Shown: positions 50,432 to 59,418 of the stretch, one piece after another | How the letters are laid out: the number at the start of each line of letters is the position of its first letter | Numbering within the stretch: the stretch's first letter is position 1 | Sequence record: NC_027349.1 | Direction: 5' to 3' (one strand) | DNA length: 64,000 bases | Origin: Escherichia phage HY01 | Notes under the pieces: model-generated | What the model saw: only the letters and a program-made list of their open reading frames with translations | The model's database searches: none | Told to the model about the DNA's origin: nothing | Position numbers and translations under genes: made by a program

Positions 50432-50520
50432 TCACCAGTTTAATTCTAGTCATCTTTTTAATGGCAGTCCATATAATCTATTTCTGAACTGCCTTTTTGT
50501 CATAGAAGTCCTCTTATGAA

Positions 50521-51501
50521 TTATTTCAGAAGAGTAACCTCAGCAATTTCTTCCCAACCGTTTTTGTCGGTCATAATAAAGTCAGCAAGATAAAGAGCAG
50601 TACGCAGTGAAACATTGCGTAAACGATTAACATTAACTTTCATCCATGATAATGCTTTATAAGTTTCTTCATCAGAAAGACCGCGCTTTTGCATCATGTC
50701 AGTTGAAAGAATAACATCTTCAACCCTGACCATAATTTCTTCATTAGTATGAACACCCAAATCCAAATAAACTGAGCGGGACACTAATGCTTGTAAGTGT
50801 GGAGCAAGTTTAGTACCACGGTCTAATTCGCGGTCAATGTCAACGTTTGTGATAAAAACAATCGTTCCTTTAAATTCAAACTCACGCTCAATGCCTTTTT
50901 CTTCTAAGTAAGAAGATGCAGTGCTCCAGCAGACTTTACGGGTTTCTCCGGTGTCCAGAGCGGCTTTTAGAAGATTAAGAATGTCCATATCAGAGAAAAC
51001 ATCCACATCATCAATCAAAAGGACAGAATTCTCTTCACGATTATTCCAAAGCTGTTCATAAAGACCAATACCAGAGATTTTACCATTAATGCTTTTATAT
51101 TCAATGTATCCAATATCATTTGCTTTATTTAAAGCTTTATCTAAAGAATACGTTTTACCAATACCTGCTGCGCCAGAGATAATTAATGAACGAATATTTC
51201 CATTAATAATACCGTTCGTCATCATTCCCATAACATTAAATCTTTTATTAATGCGGGTTTTCATATCTTCATATGATTCTTTAACTTCTTCAACTTTTAC
51301 ACCATCATATGAAATATCTGATTTGTAAACCCAAACACCGCGACGTTTACCGTCAATTTCAACAAAAACTTTACCATCTCCTTGTGCATCTACCGGAGCA
51401 TTATCTGGGAACCATTCGCCTAAGAGCTCAAAAGTTCCAGAGATTTCTTTACCAAAGTAGATACCCTTATTGATAGTTACAGTTTTCATTTTATTCTCCA
51501 A
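50521..51501 (-). CDS. P-loop (AAA-like) ATPase of unknown function
   Basis: 326 aa with Walker A ISGAAGIGKTY, Walker B VLLIDDVD and sensor-like FITN. Confidence 0.55.
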   Translation of the reverse strand: MENKMKTVTINKGIYFGKEISGTFELLGEWFPDNAPVDAQGDGKVFVEIDGKRRGVWVYKSDISYDGVKVEEVKESYEDMKTRINKRFNVMGMMTNGIINGNIRSLIISGAAGIGKTYSLDKALNKANDIGYIEYKSINGKISGIGLYEQLWNNREENSVLLIDDVDVFSDMDILNLLKAALDTGETRKVCWSTASSYLEEKGIEREFEFKGTIVFITNVDIDRELDRGTKLAPHLQALVSRSVYLDLGVHTNEEIMVRVEDVILSTDMMQKRGLSDEETYKALSWMKVNVNRLRNVSLRTALYLADFIMTDKNGWEEIAEVTLLK

Positions 51502-51525
51502 ATCTGTATCAGTAGTTGATAGTTG

Positions 51526-51556
51526 TATAGTACCATAAAGCTTTATGCTTGTAAAC
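51526..51556 (-). promoter_or_regulatory. early promoter with conserved -10/leader module
   Basis: GTTTAC-18 nt-TACTATA-CAACTATCAACTACTGATACAG. Confidence 0.5.
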
Positions 51557-51615
51557 TGTTTTGTGAAAAAATTTTTGAAATAAAAAGGGGCCTTTAGGGC
51601 CCCCTTTGTGTTGAT

Positions 51616-52101
51616 TTATTCCATTTCTACTATATGCATGTTCTTTTTGCTATCAAAATATATGTTTTTAACTATTAACTCAGAATTAATTGGCAGTAAA
51701 AACTCTCTTTCATAATCTACCATACAAAGATTATCATAAAGCTTGTTAAGCTTATCATCGTCAGTTTGGCCAGATTCTTCAATTGCGATTAAATTTTCTA
51801 AAATGTCAATCATGGCAGTCGAATAGTCGAAAACGTTTGCATTTTTTAACACTACTAAAACATTAGTCATATAGCGTTCTGCCGCAAACGTTTCAGCTAT
51901 ATGAGACTCACTGCTAAAGGAAGTTATTCTTTTAAATTTGATTCTCCTATTAACTTCAAACTTATAAGATAGCACTTCCTCTATTGTAAGTCCTCTAAAA
52001 AGTATGTCTTTAATCTCAAGTTTGTCTTTAATGTAATCATTAACACGCTTATGATTAAAATCACTAATTTTGTTGCCAAGGCATTGCATTAAAATATGCA
52101 T
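51616..52101 (-). CDS. hypothetical protein
   Basis: 161-aa ORF followed by a GC hairpin terminator. Confidence 0.4.
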   Translation of the reverse strand: MHILMQCLGNKISDFNHKRVNDYIKDKLEIKDILFRGLTIEEVLSYKFEVNRRIKFKRITSFSSESHIAETFAAERYMTNVLVVLKNANVFDYSTAMIDILENLIAIEESGQTDDDKLNKLYDNLCMVDYEREFLLPINSELIVKNIYFDSKKNMHIVEME

Positions 52102-52207
52102 TGTATTCTCCTCAATTTTTAAAGAGCAATTAATTAACTACACATATATTATAATATGCTTTGTGATAGAAGTAAACAACTTTGTGACGTCATTTTAAAC
52201 AAAAAAG

Positions 52208-52225
52208 GGGAGCCCGAAGGCTCCC
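52208..52225 (-). terminator. intrinsic terminator after the nucleotidyltransferase cassette
   Basis: GGGAGCC-UUCG-GGCUCCC followed by U6 on the minus strand. Confidence 0.65.
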
Positions 52226-52228
52226 TTA

Positions 52229-53242
52229 TCATTTATAATAACTTCGGTGGTTTTCAAGATAAACCCTCTCAAGGAAGTCATCCCAGAAACTCATGTCTAC
52301 TTTTTGCTGCATACCGTTCTTAGAAGCTTCAATGGATGCTGCTTCTACTTGATCGACCACATCTTCCAAAAACTCTTGAACAGTTTTAAATGGGTGTTTA
52401 CCCAGCTTCACGTCGAGAATAAATGGAGCGTCTTGAAGTGGATAAACCAAGTCACCAGTTTTGTAAATTTCCAATAGTTGGAGTCCACCACGACAAGCAT
52501 GACTTAGAGCTTTCCAGTCAATGCCCTCATTCGCTTCAGCCTTACGAGCACGTTCGCCATATTCAGCATCAAGTTTATTCAAAGACTGCTTAAGCTCAAT
52601 AAGAGAAAGTGTTGTCTGATATTTACGACCCAACACGGTATAGAACGTTTGCGGGCCTGTTTTCTCATGGTTATGGAATACCCATTCACAGAACTCGTTT
52701 TCAGGGAGTCTGTGTTTGATATCTTCTACCTTAGTACGACGAAGTCTATCAGGAATTCCTTCTTGATAGTCGACCCACTGGTCAGGGATTTGATTAACTA
52801 CTTTCAATACATCACGTAATGCGGCCAAACGAGAACCCTTGACACCGTATTTAGAAGCTTGCTTGCGGACATATCCTAAATAGGATTTCATGTTAGTTGT
52901 ATAAAACCGTGAACGATTGTCTTGGATAAATTTCCATACATCAGGCAAATCAGATTTAACCACTAGTTCAGGCGGAGTGTGAAGCATATCCAATGCTACA
53001 GTTTCACCATCTGCTGCTAATTTAAAGAAATACTTAAGACTGTACAGTTCATGGTCAATATCATCTTTGGTGTTTTTAGATGATGTGTTGTTAGTGTTTT
53101 TACTCATATGCTCTTTAACATTTCCGATAAGAATATCGCGAGCAGGAGGAACAAAGATTTCTTTAAAATCTACATCAGATTCTGGAGTAGAAGTTCCATA
53201 AAGATGACTACCAAAATAGCTTTTCATTACTGTTTTCATCAT
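52229..53242 (-). CDS. Pol-beta-superfamily nucleotidyltransferase-like protein
   Basis: 337 aa; N-terminal G-S-x10-D-x-D motif (GSHLYGTSTPESDVDF) with a downstream acidic residue cluster and helical C-terminal region. Confidence 0.5.
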   Translation of the reverse strand: MMKTVMKSYFGSHLYGTSTPESDVDFKEIFVPPARDILIGNVKEHMSKNTNNTSSKNTKDDIDHELYSLKYFFKLAADGETVALDMLHTPPELVVKSDLPDVWKFIQDNRSRFYTTNMKSYLGYVRKQASKYGVKGSRLAALRDVLKVVNQIPDQWVDYQEGIPDRLRRTKVEDIKHRLPENEFCEWVFHNHEKTGPQTFYTVLGRKYQTTLSLIELKQSLNKLDAEYGERARKAEANEGIDWKALSHACRGGLQLLEIYKTGDLVYPLQDAPFILDVKLGKHPFKTVQEFLEDVVDQVEAASIEASKNGMQQKVDMSFWDDFLERVYLENHRSYYK

Positions 53243-53700
53243 TCAGCCTTATATTCAATAACAGGACATACTTTAGCTTTACGCGCTTTTAAAAATTCGA
53301 CGATAATAGATTTCTTGGGTTGAATAGGAGGTAAACCTTTATACGCCCTATCAATATTTTCTACATGTAAAGCATAATCCTTTTTCCATTTATAATCTTT
53401 ATATTTTTCATGCAATTGTGCAGGAATAACAAATGAACCGATAATAAGTAAAACAAGCAAAATGGCAAGTATAAATGCTGCTGGAATAAGAGTCCATAAA
53501 CTACCAAAAATAAGCCATTTCTGTATGATTTCTGCACAGATGATAGTTAGACCTGCGAGTATAGTACATCCGAAAAAAGAAACGAAAAATGTAGGAATAA
53601 CAATAGACCAAAAATACGCGCATAGTGTCTTAGGTCGTTTCCATTCATCATTAAACATTTTGAATAATTTATAGTGCCAAGAGCTTTCATTAATAATCAT
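53239..53700 (-). CDS. integral membrane protein (2-3 TM helices) with basic cytoplasmic tail
   Basis: 153 aa; ATGA overlap with the downstream nucleotidyltransferase gene. Confidence 0.45.
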   Translation of the reverse strand: MIINESSWHYKLFKMFNDEWKRPKTLCAYFWSIVIPTFFVSFFGCTILAGLTIICAEIIQKWLIFGSLWTLIPAAFILAILLVLLIIGSFVIPAQLHEKYKDYKWKKDYALHVENIDRAYKGLPPIQPKKSIIVEFLKARKAKVCPVIEYKAE

Positions 53701-53702
53701 AA

Positions 53703-54224
53703 TTATCCTTTCATTGAAGGTGTAACAGTTGTTAAATACTTAATCATAGCTTCAGCTTCTGATTTTGATAATGAAATTTCTCCATTGTTTTGACGAATAG
53801 AAATAAAATCCGGATGACGGTCACCACCAGCTTTCAAAACACACATATAAGTATCAGTTTCATCTTCAATATTTGAAATGATTGAAGCAGTTCCACATGA
53901 ATGTGGTTTTTGATAAATCAATACGGCTTTTCTTCCACCGTTTGACTGTTCATAAACTTTTAACACATCAAACAAATCAATTCTTTTATCAATAGCTAAG
54001 ATGTTGTTTTCATCTTCAATGTTAAATCCTTCGGATACTTCATAAAGTGTCACCCATAAATCACCGATGTCAATAACAACATTTACTTTTCCATGACTTT
54101 CAAGAGCATTACAAATTTTCTTGATTTCGTCATAACTCATTTTAATAATATCATCTCCTTGAATAAGGAAGATGTCATTTTTAAATTCAACACGAATTAA
54201 ACCACTTCCACTTGAAATAAACAT
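53703..54224 (-). CDS. hypothetical protein, paralogue of the 54231-54788 product
   Basis: 173 aa; C-terminus SKSEAEAMIKYLTTVTPSMKG resembles TKDEAIALKTYLDSVIPTMISK. Confidence 0.4.
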   Translation of the reverse strand: MFISSGSGLIRVEFKNDIFLIQGDDIIKMSYDEIKKICNALESHGKVNVVIDIGDLWVTLYEVSEGFNIEDENNILAIDKRIDLFDVLKVYEQSNGGRKAVLIYQKPHSCGTASIISNIEDETDTYMCVLKAGGDRHPDFISIRQNNGEISLSKSEAEAMIKYLTTVTPSMKG

Positions 54225-54230
54225 ATTTCC

Positions 54231-54788
54231 TCACTTTGAAATCATAGTTGGAATGACAGAATCAAGATAAGTCTTTAGCGCAATAGCTTCGTCTTTGGTA
54301 AATGTGACAATATGTGATCGAAAATCGTCAATTTGGCGAATAGTTAAGACATCTCCCTCTTCATAACATTTTGATACATTTAAAAGAGTTTCATCATTCT
54401 GATTGTAAGAGTTAGTAATAATAGCATTGCAATTTTTGAGCCATTTTAAACTATGTTTTCTTTCATTAGAATAATAAAAATATTTAATCTTAGCTATAAA
54501 ACTATCCCAATGGATAACTGATAAACACATTGACTCACTTTTAATATTAAATCCTGGGCATGAAGAATAAAAATGAATTTTGTGCTCATCATTGATGCTT
54601 ACTATTTTATCAGTATAAGGATATTCAATTTGGGTTAAATGAATAATTTCGCTAGGCGTAAAATATAGCATATCGTCTTCTTGCGTCAAACGATACATGT
54701 TATTTACTTTTTCTATAGCCAATTCACCAAAAAGCGGACTAACTTCTAATACTAATCGTTTCATATTGATTCTCTTCGACTCACTCAC
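54231..54788 (-). CDS. hypothetical protein, paralogue of the 53703-54224 product
   Basis: 185-aa first gene of the cassette, downstream of an early promoter (about 54905-54950). Confidence 0.4.
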   Translation of the reverse strand: MSESKRINMKRLVLEVSPLFGELAIEKVNNMYRLTQEDDMLYFTPSEIIHLTQIEYPYTDKIVSINDEHKIHFYSSCPGFNIKSESMCLSVIHWDSFIAKIKYFYYSNERKHSLKWLKNCNAIITNSYNQNDETLLNVSKCYEEGDVLTIRQIDDFRSHIVTFTKDEAIALKTYLDSVIPTMISK

Positions 54789-55118
54789 AATTACATACTC
54801 CTTTGAATAATATCAATAATGTTGTTCACTAGATTATAAGTAAACATTGGGTAATTATATTGAATCATCACATACACAACAAACAAAACTTTCATTCTCT
54901 TCTCCTTGGCAGTTGGCAAGATTACTATACCATAACCTTGCCAACTTGTAAACCATTAAATGACGTTTTCAATAAAATTCTGAAGCTTTGTGTGAGCATC
55001 AACCATGATTTTCATTTCTTCCTTTGCGAAAGCTGTACCTCTTTCTCGAGAAGAATACTCATAGTCAGAAACTGCATTAGCATATTCTTCAATTAGCTTC
55101 ATTAAAAACATCTGCTTT

Positions 55119-55313
55119 TCAGTTTTCATTATTCCACCTAATCATTTCAAGATATTGAACTAACTTAGCTTTGGATTTATCCAAATCCTTTTTAGCTGCT
55201 TCTATACCATCGTACGAATATCCTTCACAATGTTCAACTGCCAATTGGTATGAATCTATTTCAATATCACGTGCTAATTTAATGATTTTTTCAAACTGTT
55301 CACGTGTCAGCAT
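55119..55313 (-). CDS. hypothetical small protein
   Basis: 64-aa ORF. Confidence 0.35.
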   Translation of the reverse strand: MLTREQFEKIIKLARDIEIDSYQLAVEHCEGYSYDGIEAAKKDLDKSKAKLVQYLEMIRWNNEN

Positions 55314-55315
55314 AC

Positions 55316-55534
55316 TTAAACTCTCGTATTGTGATCGATAATTTCATCAAGAAACATATCTAAAGCTTCTAAAGCATTATCAACTTTAGCTTCAAATTCT
55401 TCAATACCTGATAAGGCAAAGTTAATGCGTTCCTCATCTGCTTTGCGAATTAAAGCTACCAATTCTTTAATTTTATCTGCTTGTTCGATATTAATCATTA
55501 TTCCACCACATATGAAAGAGAGAATATTGCACAC
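55316..55534 (-). CDS. hypothetical small protein
   Basis: 72-aa ORF. Confidence 0.35.
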   Translation of the reverse strand: MCNILSFICGGIMINIEQADKIKELVALIRKADEERINFALSGIEEFEAKVDNALEALDMFLDEIIDHNTRV

Positions 55535-55731
55535 GCCATGTGAGTTGCAGCTTCATCACACATATCATAACGTTTCTTAAGAAGTTCTTCAAGTTCTTCA
55601 CTGGTAACTTCATCCATGTCGACGAAAAAATCACCATTAATGATGACGTAGATATTTCCTTCTTGATTAAGTGCTTCAATTTTCATGATGTTCTCCTCTT
55701 TATCCGATGGTTGTATAGTATCACAGCTCAA
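55498..55731 (-). CDS. hypothetical small acidic protein
   Basis: 77-aa ORF. Confidence 0.35.
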   Translation of the reverse strand: MSCDTIQPSDKEENIMKIEALNQEGNIYVIINGDFFVDMDEVTSEELEELLKKRYDMCDEAATHMACAIFSLSYVVE

Positions 55732-55760
55732 ATGGAAAGTAAACCGGTAAAATGAAAAAA

Positions 55761-55776
55761 GTCTCCCGAAGGAGAC
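55761..55776 (-). terminator. intrinsic terminator after rI.-1
   Basis: GUCUCC-UUCG-GGAGAC followed by U6. Confidence 0.65.
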
Positions 55777-55781
55777 TAATG

Positions 55782-56168
55782 TTATTCGAGGGAAAGAAGA
55801 TACTTACTCTGGTAAAACATTCCAGTAATATCATCTATCGTGCTTTGAATGGCTGGAGGCATTTCTTTGTAAATGCTGTTAGATTGGTCTAGTATACGAT
55901 CAATCATTTTAATTGTGTCGGTAGGAAGTTTACTAGCATCTGGAATTGAAGGTGTGTATTTTCTACCAGAATACCCCAAATACTGCTCACCAAATTTATC
56001 AATCAAATCTGGCAACTCAGAGAAAATAAAATCGTATGCCTTGTGTCTAGCATAACTTTTAGTTTCAAAATGCGCAGAATGAAAATAAGCTTGTGCAGCC
56101 ATTAATAAACCTAAGTATTCATCTGCCTTTGAAGGTTTTCCACTTTGTGAAAAGTCGCTGAATTTCAT
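55782..56168 (-). CDS. rI.-1: hypothetical protein upstream of rI
   Basis: 128-aa ORF overlapping the rI start. Confidence 0.5.
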   Translation of the reverse strand: MKFSDFSQSGKPSKADEYLGLLMAAQAYFHSAHFETKSYARHKAYDFIFSELPDLIDKFGEQYLGYSGRKYTPSIPDASKLPTDTIKMIDRILDQSNSIYKEMPPAIQSTIDDITGMFYQSKYLLSLE

Positions 56169-56458
56169 TCAGTCTCCAATTTAATGTTCATAATTCTAGC
56201 GTATGATTGTGCCATCTCCGCGCCTCGTTCTATACATTCAAAATCGGAAGAGCACGGGTCATTTTTATAGGTCGTTCGCATAAAACTATAGAACTGTTCA
56301 GATGATTCTACGCTTTTATTTTCAAAAAGCATATAAACATGTCTAATACCAGATTCCATAAATTTATCAAAATGAGGATCGACATTCGCTTCAATCGGTG
56401 GAGATAAAGCAAACGCTAATCCTAGCATGGCAAATAGTGCCGTTGCTTTTAAGGCCAT
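56165..56458 (-). CDS. rI: lysis inhibition regulator (antiholin) RI
   Basis: 97 aa MALKATALFAMLGLAFALSPPIEANVDPHFDKFMESGIRHVYMLFENKS...; near-identical to T4 RI as recalled. Confidence 0.9.
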   Translation of the reverse strand: MALKATALFAMLGLAFALSPPIEANVDPHFDKFMESGIRHVYMLFENKSVESSEQFYSFMRTTYKNDPCSSDFECIERGAEMAQSYARIMNIKLETE

Positions 56459-56470
56459 AAAGGCCTCCTA

Positions 56471-56683
56471 TCATTTTTGTCCTGTATTTACTTTATGCCG
56501 ATGCACGGCCTTAACTTTATCAAGGTATTTTTCAAAATTTCGCAATCTAGTATAGTCTGCCGGAGATTGGTTGAGTGATACTTCTCGACGCAAAGCTGAA
56601 ATGATATTTCCAACTTCCCTACGAATTTCATCTAATTGAAGAACAGTAAGATTGCGAAGTTGCTTTTCAGTTAATTGTAGCAT
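56471..56683 (-). CDS. rI.1: hypothetical small protein
   Basis: 70-aa ORF. Confidence 0.45.
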
Positions 56684-56725
56684 ATATACCCCTTTAGTTA
56701 GATAAACCTATTTATAACTTTTGCA

Positions 56726-57307
56726 CTAACCGAGCTTTTTAGTTAATTCATTCCAATGTTTTCTGCACAAAGAAACATAAATTTCATCACCAATACAGAT
56801 TTGATTACCTTCTTTAACTGGTGTTCCATCTTCCATTAATCGAGCCGTCATAATCGCTTTTTTACCGCAATGACAAACTGCCTTTAGTTCAATAAGTTTA
56901 TCTGCAATCGCCAAAAGTTCTTTAGAACCTTCAAATAATTTTCCAGCGAAATCAGTCCTTAGACCATAAGCCATAACAGGAACATTGTATGTATCGACAA
57001 TTCGGCTTAATTGATGCACCTGTTCAGTTTTTAAAAACTGAGCTTCATCTACAAATACGCAATGAATATCTTTTTGTGCTTCAGCCCATTTATAGAACTC
57101 AAAAATATCCATATCATCCGTAATAATATTCGCTTCCTGCTTAATTCCAATGCGAGAAACGACTTCACAGACAGAATCGCGAGTATCAATAGCAGGCTTA
57201 AGAACTAATACACCCATTCCGCGTTCTTTATAATTATGCGCAGCAGTCAAAAGAGAAGCAGATTTTCCAGCATTCATTGCTGCATAAGTAAAAATTAAAC
57301 TCGCCAT
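56726..57307 (-). CDS. tk: thymidine kinase
   Basis: 193 aa with P-loop AAMNAGKS and a zinc-binding Cys cluster. Confidence 0.9.
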   Translation of the reverse strand: MASLIFTYAAMNAGKSASLLTAAHNYKERGMGVLVLKPAIDTRDSVCEVVSRIGIKQEANIITDDMDIFEFYKWAEAQKDIHCVFVDEAQFLKTEQVHQLSRIVDTYNVPVMAYGLRTDFAGKLFEGSKELLAIADKLIELKAVCHCGKKAIMTARLMEDGTPVKEGNQICIGDEIYVSLCRKHWNELTKKLG

Positions 57308-57316
57308 ATCACCTTC

Positions 57317-57502
57317 TTAAAGCGTATTCACATAAGCTATTAATTCGTTTTCTTTCTTATCAAACCGGTCAGCAAATTCTTCTTGTTGTTCGGGAGATAG
57401 CGGGCCGTATTCATCATAAAAGGTGTTTGCTTCTGCATTCTCATCTAGAAGTTCATGGATAAGCTCAAACAATTTATCTTTTTGTTCTTTACTCAGACTC
57501 AT
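57317..57502 (-). CDS. tk.1: hypothetical small acidic protein
   Basis: 61-aa ORF. Confidence 0.4.
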   Translation of the reverse strand: MSLSKEQKDKLFELIHELLDENAEANTFYDEYGPLSPEQQEEFADRFDKKENELIAYVNTL

Positions 57503-57668
57503 ATATTAATTTCCAGGAGTTTTAAAATAATTCGCTTTTGCTTAAATATTTCCGTAGTTAAATGGTCAGTATCTTTTTGACCGATTCCAACGGCAAAACC
57601 TTTATTAACAGCGAGTTCAATTAAATTATCAAGCTCACGTAACACTTCATATTGTAACTCAAAATTAT

Positions 57669-57896
57669 TCATTTTGGTTTACCTTCTTTAACGAAATCAG
57701 GATAAGGATAAAATCCTGAATAAAATCCTTCACCTTTATGATTGATGCATCCTTTATTAGAACAATAGCACCAATAGTCGAAATCACAGGCCATTTCATC
57801 ATTACATAAAGCAAAAACAACAGGCCATTTACACTTTTCACAATGGGCATTTTTAAGAATACTAGTTTGGCTCATAACCATGTAACCTTTAAGCAA
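57669..57896 (-). CDS. small Cys-rich protein (possible metal-binding)
   Basis: 75 aa with 8 Cys (CEKCKWP...CNDEMACDFDYWCYCSNKGC). Confidence 0.4.
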   Translation of the reverse strand: MLKGYMVMSQTSILKNAHCEKCKWPVVFALCNDEMACDFDYWCYCSNKGCINHKGEGFYSGFYPYPDFVKEGKPK

Positions 57897-58084
57897 TATT
57901 CTTCTACATGTTGTTTACGACCTTTCCTATCAATGAAGGTATATTCAACGAATGTTCCAATATAGTCTTTATCTACATCATGAGGACTATTAATTGGGCA
58001 TTTAGTACGGCAAATGCGTTTCCATTGACGAATAATTTCCACTTTGTTTTTAGGATCAAACGGATGCGGGCAATGTACTTTCAT
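57872..58084 (-). CDS. small Cys/His-rich protein
   Basis: 70-aa ORF. Confidence 0.35.
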   Translation of the reverse strand: MKVHCPHPFDPKNKVEIIRQWKRICRTKCPINSPHDVDKDYIGTFVEYTFIDRKGRKQHVEEYCLKVTWL

Positions 58085-58535
58085 AATCCACCACTATTAA
58101 ATCAATATCAGGAGTAAACATGTCGATTAATTTAGAAACCTTATCCCAATCACCGCCAGCAATACCACAACCTATGCGTGGAATGTAAATTACTGGTTTA
58201 AACAGAAGGGTCTCTGCCTGTAGATTTAATTCTATCATGCAGTTTACTAAAGCACCATAATCAAGATTAGGACCCGGTTCGTATTGCGTATACAGGTTAT
58301 AGCATATACCAAATCCCGTAGGACTATGTTTAAAAACAATAGACATATCGCCTAATTTATCGCGAGAACCGTACTCGGTAGTAGTTTTATCTATTTCTAA
58401 AATTTTAGGATAGGCCCTCGCTAATTGACCCGCTACACCTGAACCCATAGTATGAAAGCAGTTGCACCCGTGCGCAATAATATTACCTTGAAGAAATAGG
58501 GCGACAATATCGCCCTTGATATATTTTACAATCAT
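58056..58535 (-). CDS. macro-domain protein (ADP-ribose binding / ADP-ribosylhydrolase-like)
   Basis: 159 aa with macro-like motifs GDIVALFLQGNIIAHGCNCFHTMGSGVAG and IPRIGCGIAGGDW. Confidence 0.55.
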   Translation of the reverse strand: MIVKYIKGDIVALFLQGNIIAHGCNCFHTMGSGVAGQLARAYPKILEIDKTTTEYGSRDKLGDMSIVFKHSPTGFGICYNLYTQYEPGPNLDYGALVNCMIELNLQAETLLFKPVIYIPRIGCGIAGGDWDKVSKLIDMFTPDIDLIVVDYESTLPASV

Positions 58536-58873
58536 CTAGTACTCAATCCTCGATTATAAGAATCTACCAAACGGTCAACCATTGAATGACAAGCGGCTTT
58601 ATCTTTCTCCTCCGCAACTGAACATTCTAAGGTATTCCACTTTTTAGCATATCGTTTTAATAAAGTATCGTTCTTGTATCTACTTGATTTATCTCTTTCT
58701 CCGTCTTTATATGCATATATTAATTTCTGCGCAAATTCAGCTTGACATGCTTTATTTTTCCCACAATAATCCGCGGCAGTACGGTTTACATACTCTCTAA
58801 TTTCAGTGTATGATGTATTTGCTAACGCAGAAAATGAAATTAATCCTACACATAAAACCAAAATTTTAGTCAT
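58532..58873 (-). CDS. secreted Cys-containing protein
   Basis: 113 aa with N-terminal signal peptide MTKILVLCVGLISFSALA. Confidence 0.45.
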   Translation of the reverse strand: MTKILVLCVGLISFSALANTSYTEIREYVNRTAADYCGKNKACQAEFAQKLIYAYKDGERDKSSRYKNDTLLKRYAKKWNTLECSVAEEKDKAACHSMVDRLVDSYNRGLSTR

Positions 58874-59411
58874 TTACTATTTCCAACAGTTTATTATTTT
58901 TAAGGTAGTTAGCCTTTTCTAGGACTTCAGAAGCATATTTAGAACCTGCTTTAACATTCCATCCCGAATTATAAGAGGATATTGCCTTTCTTATATCGCC
59001 CTTATGTATATTTAACCAATAAGAAAGTTCAATGTACGCCCAGGAAGCTGAATTGGACCGTTTATTCAACATTCTTTTTATTTCAGCATCGGTCATATTA
59101 TAACCAAGTTCCTTAACTCTTGCTCGCATGGTCGGCAAATAATTTTGGAACATTCCATAGGCATGATGCTTTGGTTTAGATTTTAAATTAACTCCGGCAG
59201 AGCTTTCTTGCCATAAAATAGCAGCCATTATATGACCTAATCCACTCTTGTGGATATTTTTGTGTGTTTTATATTTTCCATCCTTAGAAAATTGTTCCCC
59301 GAATTGATATGCGTAACGCATGTTATCGAGTTGGACATTACTGAAAGTATGCTCGGAGCTATGTGCCATCATTGAAATGGCCAATAGACCAGCGAGTAGT
59401 GCTTTTCTCAT
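58866..59411 (-). CDS. secreted lytic transglycosylase-like protein (SLT domain)
   Basis: 181 aa with signal peptide and SLT motifs (LWQESS, AYGMFQ, SYNSG). Confidence 0.6.
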   Translation of the reverse strand: MRKALLAGLLAISMMAHSSEHTFSNVQLDNMRYAYQFGEQFSKDGKYKTHKNIHKSGLGHIMAAILWQESSAGVNLKSKPKHHAYGMFQNYLPTMRARVKELGYNMTDAEIKRMLNKRSNSASWAYIELSYWLNIHKGDIRKAISSYNSGWNVKAGSKYASEVLEKANYLKNNKLLEIVND

Positions 59412-59418
59412 GCTTACC

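Noticed and set aside
50458-50495. Inverted repeat GGCAGT...ACTGCC followed by T5 on the plus strand as a plus-strand terminator
   Set aside because: Stem is only 6 bp with a 19-nt loop containing a TATAAT-like sequence; no plus-strand gene upstream to terminate; more likely part of a minus-strand promoter region.
54860-55096. Plus-strand 78-aa ORF in the intergenic region upstream of the nucleotidyltransferase cassette
   Set aside because: Antisense to a minus-strand promoter and a small minus-strand ORF; no Shine-Dalgarno; less parsimonious than the minus-strand reading.
6556-55725. Dispersed copies of GTTGATAGTTGTATAGTACCAC considered as a CRISPR-like or mobile-element repeat
   Set aside because: Copies are single, dispersed, always 18 nt downstream of a -35 GTTTAC and upstream of genes; best explained as conserved promoter -10/leader sequence, not an array or transposon end.
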